A stretch of DNA of 56,860 nucleotides, the filler included, from Bipalium vagum (lineage: Eukaryota): NCBI GenBank assembly GCA_037834085.1. It is 3 parts of 3 records of this genome, joined end to end, with 100 filler letters (N's around TTAATTAATTAA, not from the genome) between each part and the next. Parts side by side here need not be neighbours in the genome. Positions count along the whole stretch, not along the records: positions 1 to 17,479 come from JBBMKC010063711.1; positions 17,580 to 39,997 come from JBBMKC010220242.1; 1 more part is not named here. One strand, written 5' to 3'. Position 1 is the first letter of the stretch. Every line of letters starts with the position of its first letter. Below the pieces are notes generated by a model. It was not told where the DNA came from and did not search any database. It saw only the letters and a list, made by a program, of their open reading frames with translations. The translations under genes were made by a program, and so were the position numbers. Positions 13,359 to 25,399 of this stretch are shown one piece after another.

Positions 13359-14466
13359 TATAATCTTTCGATTTTTCTTACAACCATTATTTCTTTATAG
13401 TTCTTAGCTAACTCTAGAATAGTTGATATTGATTTCTATTCAACCGAATTGTTTTCAGTTGGTTTTCTGATCATCCCTGACCAAAAAGTACCAATATAAA
13501 AGTATTTTATTCAATGAAACAAAACCAATGTTTCAGAGGAAAATTTGTTTTTTCTAAATTATTATTGATCTTTTTGTACTTATTTAAATTTACACTTTTT
13601 TCAAAAAATATTTTTTGAATAATTTAGTAATAATATGCAGAACCATATATAAGCAATTAACAGAACTTTAACTCATTAAAAATCATTGTTAGATATTATG
13701 TAATGGGTCCCTTTATGCAACGGGAAGATTAACTTAAATGTTGAACTGGTATTTAATGAAGTGTAAAATCCTTCAACTTTAGATAAAGACAAAATGTATG
13801 GATTAGATAGGAAATAAAAATAATAATTTTTCTTTGTATTCGCCTGTCACGGACAGAGAACTAGTACTGCAAAAAGTTTATTTATTTTTATAAAAATTTA
13901 CTATTAAAGTGAACTTTGATAAAAATATTGTTTTTATTACGTTATGTTAACTAATATTTTGATTAAAATTGACGTTCTATAATCATTAAACGAAAATAGT
14001 CTTGGAAAAACCAATGATTGCGTTAATTAAAGACTTTATTTGATATGCAACGAATTATTAGGATTCATTTGATGAAAAACCTAAAAAAACATAAGACTGG
14101 CGACTTATTTTATAAATATCAAAAAGTAACATTATTTATCGTTTTATTATTTTTGGTTTAAAATTATTATTTCTTTTTAAATTATTAATAATATTAAATA
14201 ATCTCCAAATTTTTATAATTTTCAAAGGAATTAAATTTTAAAAATTGATTATATTAAAAATTTTTATTATCAACTGGAAATAATAAGTTAATATTACTTA
14301 TTTAGAAAAATGTAGAAAGTTCTTAATAAATAATAATAAATTATATTTTGAATTTTTATTTAAGGATAAAATTTATTTTCTTCTCAACTTCGACAATTAA
14401 TGACTTAATTAATTTAATCAAATTAAACTCTTATTTTTTATTGAAATATTATGTGTTATGTTTCAG

Positions 14467-14664
14467 TTTTATATTCTTAATGACGATGACATTAAGTGTA
14501 AAGTTGAAAATGGTTATTTTAAAGAGTGTAAAAACCTTTGTTTTAACAAAACTAGACTCCGTATTCAAAGTAATTTTCAACACTATCGACAAATTAGGCC
14601 AATCAATGTGGTAGTTTGTGAATACCTTCCGAAATCACGTAAGAATTGTACCCATTTAAAATAA
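14467..14664 (+). CDS. candidate Cys-rich terminal exon, antisense inside a DDR intron
   Basis: Acceptor atgtttcag|TTT followed by 65 open codons, FYILNDDDIKCKVENGYFKECKNLCFNKTRLRIQSNFQHYRQIRPINVVVCEYLPKSRKNCTHLK*. Composition is less AT-biased than the flanks; no homologue recognised. Confidence 0.3.
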   Translation, partial: FYILNDDDIKCKVENGYFKECKNLCFNKTRLRIQSNFQHYRQIRPINVVVCEYLPKSRKNCTHLK

Positions 14665-14968
14665 AATGCGAAACGACCTAATGATAACATACTAAAAGTT
14701 ATAAACACGCATCATCTTTATATTTTATTTAACAAAAAATTTCAATTAATTAACTTATTATATGTCTCTAGGTTACGTAGGTCGAATCGGGAAATGGATC
14801 GAGTCACTATCAATTATAGGGATTTTATAATTATGGAAAGTTACTATTTCAATGCGAAAGTCCATTTATCTTAATTTTTAAATAAATATCAAAGCAATAT
14901 TAAACTTTGATAAAACAATTAAATCAAAAGTAACCATCTCAACGAGACATGGAGAATAATTGTACTAC

Positions 14969-15220
14969 CTGATTTGGCTGTGTGGAAATGATGGAGTGGA
15001 TTTGAACTCCTGTGACGCGTTAGAATAATAAATGTTACGCAGAAAATCTTTCAAATTGTAGCCGCTTAGATAATCCATGAGAATATAAAATCTAGCTGAC
15101 TTAATGACAGACATCAGATCTCCTGATATGAGTTCGCTGTCGATGGCTATTGCTTCCAGTTTTGCAACATTGACGCAAGTAATTGAACTAAGAATCTTCA
15201 GGTTCATAATAAAGCTCGCT
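14969..15220 (-). CDS. DDR: DDR-like receptor tyrosine kinase, internal exon (alphaC to alphaD region of the kinase domain)
   Basis: Acceptor ...catttag|A, donor AG|gtagta. Translates (R)ASFIMNLKILSSITCVNVAKLEAIAIDSELISGDLMSVIKSARFYILMDYLSGYNLKDFLRNIYYSNASQEFKSTPSFPHSQI(S), which aligns with DDR [23 protein letters not shown]...MITDYMENGDLNQFL. The phase-2 end joins the next exon in frame (AG+T=Ser). Confidence 0.85.
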
Positions 15221-15559
15221 CTAAATGTTAATAAAGTTATGAATAATAGAACCATAAAATTGGTGTAATTTTATTTTTTCACAATTAACATAAAAGGAAT
15301 GTCGAAAGAGTTGTACCAGTTAATTTTATAATGGTTTTGAGTCTCAGATTTTGAAGTATTAAATATTTATAAAATTCCTACCACATTAAAAGAGGATTGG
15401 CTTCAATTAAAGGTTCGCGATGGTTAAAAATTCTTGTTAAAATAAAGTCTTACTTTACAAAATATTTTATATTACACACTTTTGGTATGTCTAAGTAAAA
15501 GAGTCTGTTCAATTCAGAAATCAAGAATGTATTATATCTTCAGAAATTCACTAAGGGAA

Positions 15560-16010
15560 TACCTTGATTACAAAATAGCTAAGATTTAAAAAAAAAGCTT
15601 TTTTCAACCAATAAAAGTAGATATATTAATTGGAGTCGGAATTTATTTTAAATATCTATCTTAGTGTAATTCTGGGGACAGTTTAATTTTTAAAAGACTT
15701 AATAATCGGAAGAAAAATATAGTTTTATTAGCTTGTGTTGTGTCCGTCAAAAACAGGAAATGTGAAAGCAGACATCAAATTAAAAAAAATTTAAGATATG
15801 GTTTTCGAACTTGATACTTGAAAGGAAGCAAGATTCTGCAAGATCTTGTTTGGTGAAGTTCAGCCAGTATCGAAAATCAATCATAAACCTGGCCCCATTA
15901 AAAATCTGTAATATTTCAAAAATAATTGCAAAATTGTATTGGAAAGGGTTATATGCAAAGCATTTTTACATGGTAATATCAATAATAATTCATATTTGTC
16001 AAGAAATTCA
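15560..16010 (+). mobile_element. degenerate Tc1-like relic
   Basis: KQDSAR (QQDNA-like) at ~15826 followed by L-A-P-I-K-N-L (PIENLW-like) at ~15890. Confidence 0.35.
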
Positions 16011-17479
16011 ATAAAAAATAATCAAAAGACTAAAGAGATAAAGTGACCCTAGTAACACTGTTATAAACGTAACAAATCAAACATTGATGAACAATAATTG
16101 AAATTGTATTCCTTCAATCGCAAGAATCGGTCGAGGAAGAAATTGCCAGTAATAGTAAAGCTAATATTCCTATGGTAATGGTAACATAATGTGTTGTTAA
16201 ACCAAAATTATTAAATAATAGACAGATGCATTAAACATAGAACATTTTTAAGAAATCCACAGTGAATATCATTTCTCTAAGGATATTTATAAAACTAATT
16301 TCAAGTTAATATATTACTAATTAAAAATAATATTTAATAATTACCAAGTCTTATATTAATTTATAAATATATAATTTTGACGAGTTTTTTCGGTGTTCAC
16401 TTATGCCTTTAAAAATATTCTCTTTTAAAAGAGACTTAGGTTTAATTAAAAAAGATTTTTTGTAAAATAATCTTTATTTTGCTGGATTCCTTATAGTAAG
16501 TGTTTAAATATTTTATATTTATTCGGTATGAAGGCTAATAACCCTTACTTTAACACTACCTGTAAAAGAGTGAATGAAAAATATTCAGAAGGTACGATAT
16601 GACAAAAAATGAAAAATTCTCTGTATCTTTATAAATTCATGGTCTCAATTAACTCAATCAGAAAATTTTAATATTGTACAATTAAAATTGTAATGAAATA
16701 TTTCTAAATTTCTATTAACTTATGAAAAGCATGTCTTGTATTGAAATGAGGAAAATCTCCAAGGAAAGTTCAATGAAAGGAAATATTTATTAAAAATTTA
16801 ATTACATTGCAAATTAAAAACAAATTAAACCCATTTATAAATCGATCTTCATTAAATTATAGATTATAAATGAAATTAATGGATTAATTTAATTTTCATA
16901 CAGATTTTTTATAAAATCAGATAAAATAAATCAATTAACAAATAAGATATTGAATTAATTAAGAAAAATTTTATTATTTAATTATAAAAAATACAATAAA
17001 ATAAAACTTAACCGACAATTAACATTGAAAATTATTTTCAAAATATCTAGTTCAAAAAGTAAGGGTTAAATTAAGAATCAATAATGTTTGAAGAACATAT
17101 TGAGTTATAAAAATCAGAGATTAAGGATTCTTTTAAAAGTACAAAATATTATATATTTTTCTTAAATAAATTAAATAGGATATCTTAAAATAGACTCTAT
17201 TTAGATGTATTAAATTGACAATCACATGTACAATCTCATGATGATATAGAAAAAAATTCTGTTCACTACTCTTCCTATATTGACTTATAAAACTATTCTT
17301 TACCCATAAGCATTTCATCATTAATTAATTTATTCTCATGTTGGTTAATAAGTATAGATTTTCTTAAGAAATCCCACCCTCTAGGAGGTGCCACTTTACA
17401 TATTAAGTACTACCAAAATATAACTCATAAATAATTATATATATATATATATATATTAACATTGAAATGCAGTAATAAT

Positions 17480-17579
17480 NNNNNNNNNNNNNNNNNNNNN
17501 NNNNNNNNNNNNNNNNNNNNNNNTTAATTAATTAANNNNNNNNNNNNNNNNNNNNNNNNNNNNNNNNNNNNNNNNNNNN
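17480..17579. other. artificial assembly linker (N44-TTAATTAATTAA-N44)
   Basis: Exactly 100 nt with a central 12-mer that places stop codons in all six frames; identical structure at 39998-40097. Confidence 0.95.
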
Positions 17580-17994
17580 CGAGTGAGATTGCAAAGGATT
17601 AATGTTTATTATTTTTATTTATTTATTATTTATTTATTTTATTTATTTATTTTGTTTATTTATTTATTTATTAAAGTATTTTATATTGAAAACAGCATTC
17701 AAAATTATTTTTGTTTTATTATTATAATAATATTTTATACTAAAATGATGTGTTTTAAGTTTAATATTTTGAGACTTACTATCGATTCATCTTTTCGCTT
17801 TTTCAGGAGCTTCTTGAATAAGGAAACATTCGATCCAGACGTTTCTAATTAATAAAATAATCATTTAGAAACTGCATTTGATATTTTATTCATTTAAAAT
17901 GAAAATAATAATAATAATAATACAAAATAATTTTTCAAATAATTTTCATTTAATTCTATTAAAAAAACCATTTTAAAAATAATTTTTCAAGGTA

Positions 17995-18590
17995 TGAGGG
18001 ACAGTCGAAAAGTTTCGGGTATGGGGAATATGGAAAGATTTAGTAAAAAAGAAAAAACCTAATCATAAAATACGTTAAGCAAATGGTTGCCTGCTTCGTA
18101 GCCAAATCAGGTCATGTCGCTACCATTCCCTTAGATGATCACCGCACAGTTACTTCAAATTGGTATACCACAGTTTACTTGCCTGAAGTTCTTAAAGAAT
18201 TGAGAAAATACAGCTCGAAATGCTCCATTAAGCTTCATCACGATAATGCCACTTCCTATACAGGCCATAAAACAATACATTTTTTGAGGACTCAAAACGT
18301 TGAATTATTAAGTCATCCATTTTATAGTCCTGATTTGGCACCAAATGACTCCACATTTGGTTCCATAAAAATTGAGTGAGGAACGGTTTTCATGTCCCGA
18401 ACCGTCTATAGAAGCATTCAAATCAAATTTTTTGGACATACCGACTTTGTATTGGAATAAATGTTTTAATGACTGGTTTGGCCGAATGCAAAACTGTATA
18501 GATTGTGACGGTGAATAATTCGAAAAACAATGATGTTAATAGATACATGCTGTTTGTGTGCCTTTCCCGAAACTTTTCGACTGACCTACG
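17995..18590 (+). mobile_element. internally deleted mariner with intact TIRs and TA target-site duplications
   Basis: TIRs share cagtcgaaaagtttcggg exactly; TA at 17993-94 and 18591-92. ORF MVACFVAKSGHVATIPL...LHHDNATSYT...HPFYSPDLAPND is the C-terminal half of a DD34D transposase. Confidence 0.93.
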
Positions 18591-18592
18591 TA

Positions 18593-19345
18593 ATTGATAA
18601 TTTTAAAACCAATCCACAAGTTTGTCTCTTTGATTTATTTTTTTGCGGTCTTGGTATTAAGGATCAGAATAAGAGTCTCAGAAAAGAGTTTTTTTACGAT
18701 GAAGATATAACTTATCATAGGATTACAAAATATACAAAACTTCTATAATGAAGAAGTCTTAAAGAAAGATTAAACAGAGAGTGGCTTGATAAATTCAATA
18801 TCAGTGATTTTGAATTTCACTTCCACATTCGAACGGATCTCTATGATAAAATCAATACATTTTTCAAGAAGGATCATCAAATGTTTCACAAACACGCATT
18901 GATTTCTTTTGTCAGATATTCATTTTATCCAGGCTTATGCCCACATATCAAGGCTGTTAAAACACTTTTGTGGGACGACAGAAATGGAAGCCTTAACTAA
19001 CACACCCTATATTAAGTTTTCCGAATTTGAAACACTTCATTTTGGACACAGATGCTGCCTTCGATACATTTTTTAGAAGGTATTAAGTTTAAGGACAGTT
19101 ATATGCCAGTCAAGTTCAATGTCAAATGTCATACAAAGCCGCAAGGAAAATGAAAAATTTAGTAAGATCAATCAATATACACAACCCAGCATTAAAAGCC
19201 AGTGTTTAAAAAAGTTGTGATGAGGTCTAAGAGTCAGAAGATAAATGAACCCTTCTTTTGAAAAAGACGTAGATTTTAACGAACAACTGGAAACAAGTTC
19301 AACTCTCAATACTGACATGTTGGTACATGTTTGATACAAAATGTC
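18593..19345 (+). mobile_element. Ty3/gypsy LTR retrotransposon relic (gag-protease-RT/RNase H fragments)
   Basis: Colinear remnants: gag-like FFCGLGIKDQNKSLRKEFF, protease end LNREWLDKFNI, RT thumb HFIQAYAHISRL, and RT-RNase H EALTNT-PILSFPNLKHFILDTDAAFDT, with NVN-ALS at ~19340. Confidence 0.75.
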
Positions 19346-19844
19346 AACATGCACTGTCTGTTGGAATATTTTAAAGAGGTTATTGAAGGTTGTGAAGGAA
19401 AACCATGATACAAGGTGAAAATAACAGAAGAAATGAACGATCGTTTTGTAGAATCATTCACGGAAGAAGAAAAAAAATACAGAATCTGAGAAAATGTGGA
19501 CAAGTTGAGAAAATGTTTAAAGAGTGGAGATGTTAAATAATCTAAAGGGTTTGCTTAATTATTAAATTTTGATAAATTATATATTTTCAAAAAACAATCT
19601 TGTCCTAATTACTTTATGGATAACTTAGAAAAGCAAATTCAACCTAATAAAAAAATTAAAAATTTTCTTTCCTTTATTTATGTCTTTCGTTTCTTCACAA
19701 AATCGGATATTATTATATAATTTTCATCCATATCATGTTATTATTTTATGAAAATGGTAAAAAAATATAATAATATCACTTAATAAAACAAAAATTGATT
19801 TAATCTTTTAATTTACAACGATTTATTTAATATAACACAGTGGT

Positions 19845-20057
19845 TCAGATCATAATCAAATTTTCATCTTCGTTTTGATTAATTTCTGATATTTCTTCAT
19901 CTTTCAGTTGGAAATATTCTGTTCCTGATATTTTTTGTTTTGTGTACCTATTTCCATTATCAAGCCCAAGCACACATGGGAATACCACTGATGAGAACAA
20001 CAAACCTATGGAGATCAAGCATAGGGTATCTTCAACAATAGGAACAGGTTCTAACTT
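19845..20057 (-). CDS. probable terminal coding exon of an unidentified membrane protein
   Basis: Branch-point-like gctaac about 20 nt upstream, acceptor ttattag|AAG, then 70 codons + TGA: KLEPVPIVEDTLCLISIGLLFSSVVFPCVLGLDNGNRYTKQKISGTEYFQLKDEEISEINQNEDENLIMI*. Hydrophobic segment followed by an acidic tail. Absent from the ORF track. Confidence 0.6.
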   Translation of the reverse strand, partial: KLEPVPIVEDTLCLISIGLLFSSVVFPCVLGLDNGNRYTKQKISGTEYFQLKDEEISEINQNEDENLIMI

Positions 20058-21530
20058 CTAATAAATACTATCTTTAGTTAGCAAGGACTATTAACCTTTA
20101 GTTAATAGCTACCTTTGTGATATTACTATATTATATTCAATATATATACAAAAAATTATTGATATTACTTGTGATATTAGAGCACTGTAAATTATTAATA
20201 ATAAAATTTTGCATGACCAATTTTATGTTTGAGGTATCATGAAATGATATTCCTGTCTTGCTGTTATAAAAATATTATGAAATATTTTAATTCTCATTCG
20301 AAGAATAAAGTAATTTTAATTTGATTTTTAAAATAATGTGATGTTTTCAATTAATAATAATAATATTATTATTATTATATTCAAATGATAAATAAATTTA
20401 ACTTAAATGTAAAGGTTTAAAATTAATGTGAAAAGTTATTTTCATAATTTAATATTAAGAATTATTTAATATTTAATTTATTTGACTATTTAAATTAATT
20501 TAAATTAATTTTTATTAAATTATTATTAATGACTTGGACCATCTTCCGAAATTATCAATAGTATTAAAGAACTGATCATGTCAATATAAATATTTGTATA
20601 ATACAGTAAGTTACCAAGTTATTGTGGTCACCAAATTATTTTGCTAATTTAAACTTTAAGAGTTGTTTTTGGAATGAAAATTAAGAAATGTATCGAAAAT
20701 TTGTTGACACTAGTTTTTGGCAATGTTAAAAAATATGGAAACATAATTGAATCTCAAATTCAAAATATATTTAGTTATAAGAAGTTATTAACCAGCATGA
20801 GTCTTTAAAATCGATCGTATGGAATTTTATATTTATCTGCTTTCAATAAAATAACAGGTTTTGAAAGACAGCAAAAATGTAAAGAAATAGTTTTTAATAT
20901 ATGAAATACTACAATTATTTATAATAATTGCTATTAAAATGTTTGTTATTTTGTTTAAAAAATTTGTTTACGCGAATATTGTAATAATTCAAATTTTTGG
21001 AATGTGTACAAGAAAGGATATCTCTCCATAAAAAATTTAAAATATTAAAGCATTGCTTAATCATACTACTAAATCAGTGCGAGGAATAGAATATTCAAGT
21101 GTTTCAAAATCATTGATAAGTAAATTAAAGGTAAGGATGCACAAGAAACACCCATTAACGGTTAATCTAGTCGGTAAGTGTGGACGACATCGCATTTCAC
21201 TTATCAAATATTAAATAATAAAATTTTAAAAAGTAAAAAAATCATTTTAATTTCTTATGCTTTTAATTTGATTAAATTTAAAATATGATAATCTAATATA
21301 TATAATATAAAAAAATAATATACTTAAAATAAAAAAATAATAACAATGATAGTAAATATAAATAATAAAAGTTTTAAAAAAATTTGAAATTATGAAAATA
21401 ATAATAATGGTTTGATAAAAGGGAAATATTAAAATTAAATGATTAAAAAGATTAAATAATTATATAAACCTAGCTCAAAATATTTATAGAAAGAAAATAA
21501 ATAATTTTTTGCAGTTTATCTATATCAAAC

Positions 21531-21592
<62 letters not shown>
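21531..21592. repeat. (ATT)n microsatellite
   Basis: About 20 perfect TAT/ATT units. Confidence 0.95.
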
Positions 21593-23734
21593 GAAAAATT
21601 TGAGGCAAATTAAATATTTCTGGAAAATTATAATAAATTATTTAAATTATTTCCATAAATCATTTGCATCATAAAATGAATTCCCATTTTGTGGAAAGAT
21701 TTAATATTTATTTTGGTTATTATTGATAACTCAGAAATCTTTGGAAAATGGTTTATTACTTCTTATTTATTAAATATAATATCACAAATAATACGTCATC
21801 GAAAGATATTTCCAACAAAGAGACAGAATTTTTGCTAATTAATTAATTATTTAAAAACTTTTTTTATTAATTAAAAAGTAAATAAAAACTTTTAAACGTT
21901 GACACATTGTAATGACCATGATCGAATATCTTTCCTTATTTAATAACTTTTATATTTATATTTTATGGCATGAATAAAGTAAATTATGAATAAATTTAAA
22001 AAATGTATAGAAGATGGAGTAGTAGGTTACCATAAATGTGAACCCTTACAATCCCTTTTAAATTCAATATCATCAATCTTTAAAAAACCTTTATTTCACA
22101 CCCTCACATTGTCAAATATTATATTTATCAAAGGTTAAGTATCATGAAGCTGAATTTGTCCTTGGAGTAAATATTTTGATTTTAATATTTATAATAATCT
22201 AAAAATATCGATTTCAGTTAATAAAAAAAAACAAAAAACAAACAAATAATCATTGTTTTTATAGGGAACATGATTACAAGAAAACATTAACATTAACAAA
22301 TATGATGTTAATAATTTTTCAATCAATGTAATAAGAAAGATGATCAAATTGTCACGGTTGAATGAAGCTGGATAATTAAATGAAGACAAATAAATAAAGT
22401 TAATCAAGAATATTCTCATAGCCAATAACGTTACAGTATAATATTAATATTGATATTATTATTGTTATTATTATTGCAAGGATTAAATTTTAATTAATAT
22501 TAAATAATAAAACATAATTTGTAAATACTTTTAAAATACATTTGAAATTAACTTATTAAAATTTAATAATACTCAAACAATAATAACAATACTACTACTA
22601 TTAATAATAATAATAAAAAAATAAAATAATAATAATAGTAACATTATTATTATTATTATTATTATTATAATTAAATTGGTTTTAATCAATATATTGAAAC
22701 TTTAAATAACGAAATGGAAATAGACATAAACATTAAAAAATTTAAAATAGTAAAATGGATTAGGAATACTTCATTAAAAAATAATTAATTAAAAAGTTAA
22801 TTTTAATTTTCAAAATTTAAATAATAATAAAAAATAATATAATAATTAAATAAAATTAATATAATTTTAAAATTAAAAGTCCATTAGTATAATGTTTTTT
22901 TGTTTGAAATATTCAAAAATCGAGCGGAATAATTAACATTTTGGAGTTAAGAATTTCTAGTTGGAACGGTACTCTGAAGTACGTTATTCTATACCTACAG
23001 ATACAGCTTAGTGGTTGAAAAGATTTATTGTAAAATTTCAAACAAAAAGTGCAAAAAGCTCTTCTTATAAAGTCCAACGGAATCATTTGTTGTTCTTGTA
23101 TCTTTCTCCAAGCTACTCAATGTCTCCACTATAGCATGAGGCATCATCAGAAAAGGGTGTCATTTTAGGCAATATGATTTAAATCAGAACAAATATTAAT
23201 CTGATGGCGTCCAGCAACATTTTCCTGAGTTATCCAGTAAAAGAATATCGAGTTGAATAAAATCTCAGAAAGGGAGCACAAGCAGGTTGCCCATATTGTA
23301 GTTGTGAAGACGACAACCCCTAAAACTTTTTATTTGCGTTAGGAGAAAGCGCACCTTTTCACGGTAGAGGTTTCGTGTATAAGCATTATTTTTAATATGA
23401 TATGGTCATATTTTTAGTTTGTCTCTCACAAACGATTTTTCTAATCTAAAGAATTTAACGCTTTCAGAATCGCACCCCTTTCTCGGCAGCCCCTGAGATT
23501 TGTGACTGAGCTCAGAGGAAATTTAATATGCATTGTTCTCTCTCAGAGTTCATTCTCCATTATACTGAAATTAAAAATTAGTAAAAACATAATTTATAAT
23601 CGTAAAAATAAAACTTTCAAAAACGTTAATAAAACAACTTTCTCGTAATCTTATTCAACCATTCATCTTTTCCTGAGATCCTTTTTAAAAACCTTTTATT
23701 TTCAATATGTAAAATGATGATTATATTTTATTAA

Positions 23735-23995
23735 NNNNNNNNNNNNNNNNNNNNNNNNNNNNNNNNNNNNNNNNNNNNNNNNNNNNNNNNNNNNNNNNNN
23801 NNNNNNNNNNNNNNNNNNNNNNNNNNNNNNNNNNNNNNNNNNNNNNNNNNNNNNNNNNNNNNNNNNNNNNNNNNNNNNNNNNNNNNNNNNNNNNNNNNNN
23901 NNNNNNNNNNNNNNNNNNNNNNNNNNNNNNNNNNNNNNNNNNNNNNNNNNNNNNNNNNNNNNNNNNNNNNNNNNNNNNNNNNNNNNNNNNNNNNN
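23735..23995. other. plain assembly gap (261 N, no linker)
   Basis: N run flanked on the right by an AAAT/AAT low-complexity repeat. Confidence 0.95.
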
Positions 23996-24415
23996 TAATA
24001 AATAAATAAAATAATAAATAAATAAAATAATAAATAAATAAAATAATAAATAAATAAAATAATAAATAAATATATATAAATCTGCAAAAATGTAAAAGGA
24101 AATGTTTGAATATTAATTTTGTAGATTATGTAACTTGAATAGATTCTGACATAAAAGTTAATTAATTAATAAATTTGAATAAATTAAAAATTTATTACAC
24201 TCATGATTTGACAAGAAAGACTTGAATATATTTAATTTATTTCTGAAATAAATTGAAAAATATGTTTAAATATAAATTTATTAAAATTAATATTAATATA
24301 AAGAATGGAACTCTTATATTTTTCATTTTTTTAATATATACGTATGAATTTATAAAATTTCTAATTGTATCACTTTCATTCAGAAATACAATTTGATTAA
24401 TATATTTAAAGTTTA

Positions 24416-24463
<48 letters not shown>

Positions 24464-24482
24464 GACTACTACTACTACTACC
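24416..24482. repeat. compound (ATT)n-(CTA)n microsatellite
   Basis: Direct inspection. Confidence 0.9.
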
Positions 24483-24649
24483 ACTTTTTTATTAATTAAG
24501 ATCTGCTATAAACATAATTTCTTATTAAATTAATTAATTGTTTAATTAAATTAATTTAATGAAATATGAAATCGATGAAATGAAGTTCAATTATAGATAA
24601 TCATATAAAGAAAAATATAGAAAATTAAAACAAAACAACTAGTGGTTTT

Positions 24650-25350
24650 GTTTATATTTAATAAATAACACATCACAAACCAGTCTTTCAAATGTAGTGA
24701 TAATTGTCATAACTTCTACTATGCATTGTGATTTTTAAAAACTGTTTAAATTCCTGTACCTCTTTTTTCTGAAATGATGAAAATAGTAAATGAAATGACT
24801 ATCTATAATCGTTTAAGTATACATCTCTACTTGCCAGATAGAGAAAATGCGTTTTTGTCGCGAATTACTACGGAAGATGAAAAATGAATGTTTTTTCATA
24901 AGCCTTAAAAAAGAAGACATGACCTGAGTCTGGACAGACAACAGCGGCAATGATATCAACATCAACTAAAAAGATTACATGATGAAAACCTGCAATATCC
25001 AGTAATTGACGAAGTCATTATTGACAATACAATACCACATCTTTCTTTAATTATCAAGAAAACACTAATAGACCGTCTACGCCTATCAAAATAGATTTTA
25101 ATTTATTCAGCTTTATGGCACATTATCTGAAAGATATGAAATTCAAGTCGTGCGAAGATGTTCAAAAATTGGTATCCAATTGGATTCATTGTAAGAAAAA
25201 TCATTTATTGCCGCTGAATATCATGTTACCAGATTTATGGAAGAAAGCCAATTTTATCGATAGAAGATATTTAATTGATTTCAGTGTGCTTGTTAATCAC
25301 AAAATAAACATTAACAGTTGTTTTAAAAGTCAAAAATGGATGTACCCTTT
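24650..25350 (+). mobile_element. mariner relic
   Basis: FLSRITTEDEK* (FLHRIVTGDEKW motif) at ~24853, DNTIPH, and MAHYLKDMKFKSCEDVQKLVSNWI (Mos1-like C-terminus). Confidence 0.75.
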
Positions 25351-25399
25351 TAATATATGCACTTTGATAATTGATGTTAACATGTTAAAATAATTCTCT

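Noticed and set aside
17524-17535. TTAATTAATTAA as a biological motif or piggyBac TTAA site
   Set aside because: Centred in symmetric 44-N flanks twice, so it is an artificial linker.
17583-17852. 89-aa F/Y/L/I-rich ORF
   Set aside because: Translation of TTTA/ATTT simple repeats. The same applies to similar ORFs at 6880, 22189, 27861, 33967, 37942 and 42430.
19845-20057. Canonical EAAT C-terminal exon, or DDR transmembrane exon
   Set aside because: It has no DWxLDRxRT/NVxGD TM8 motif, and it ends in a stop codon, so it cannot be an internal DDR exon.
23731-24087. 118-aa ORF in the ORF track
   Set aside because: Low-complexity repeat read through an N gap.
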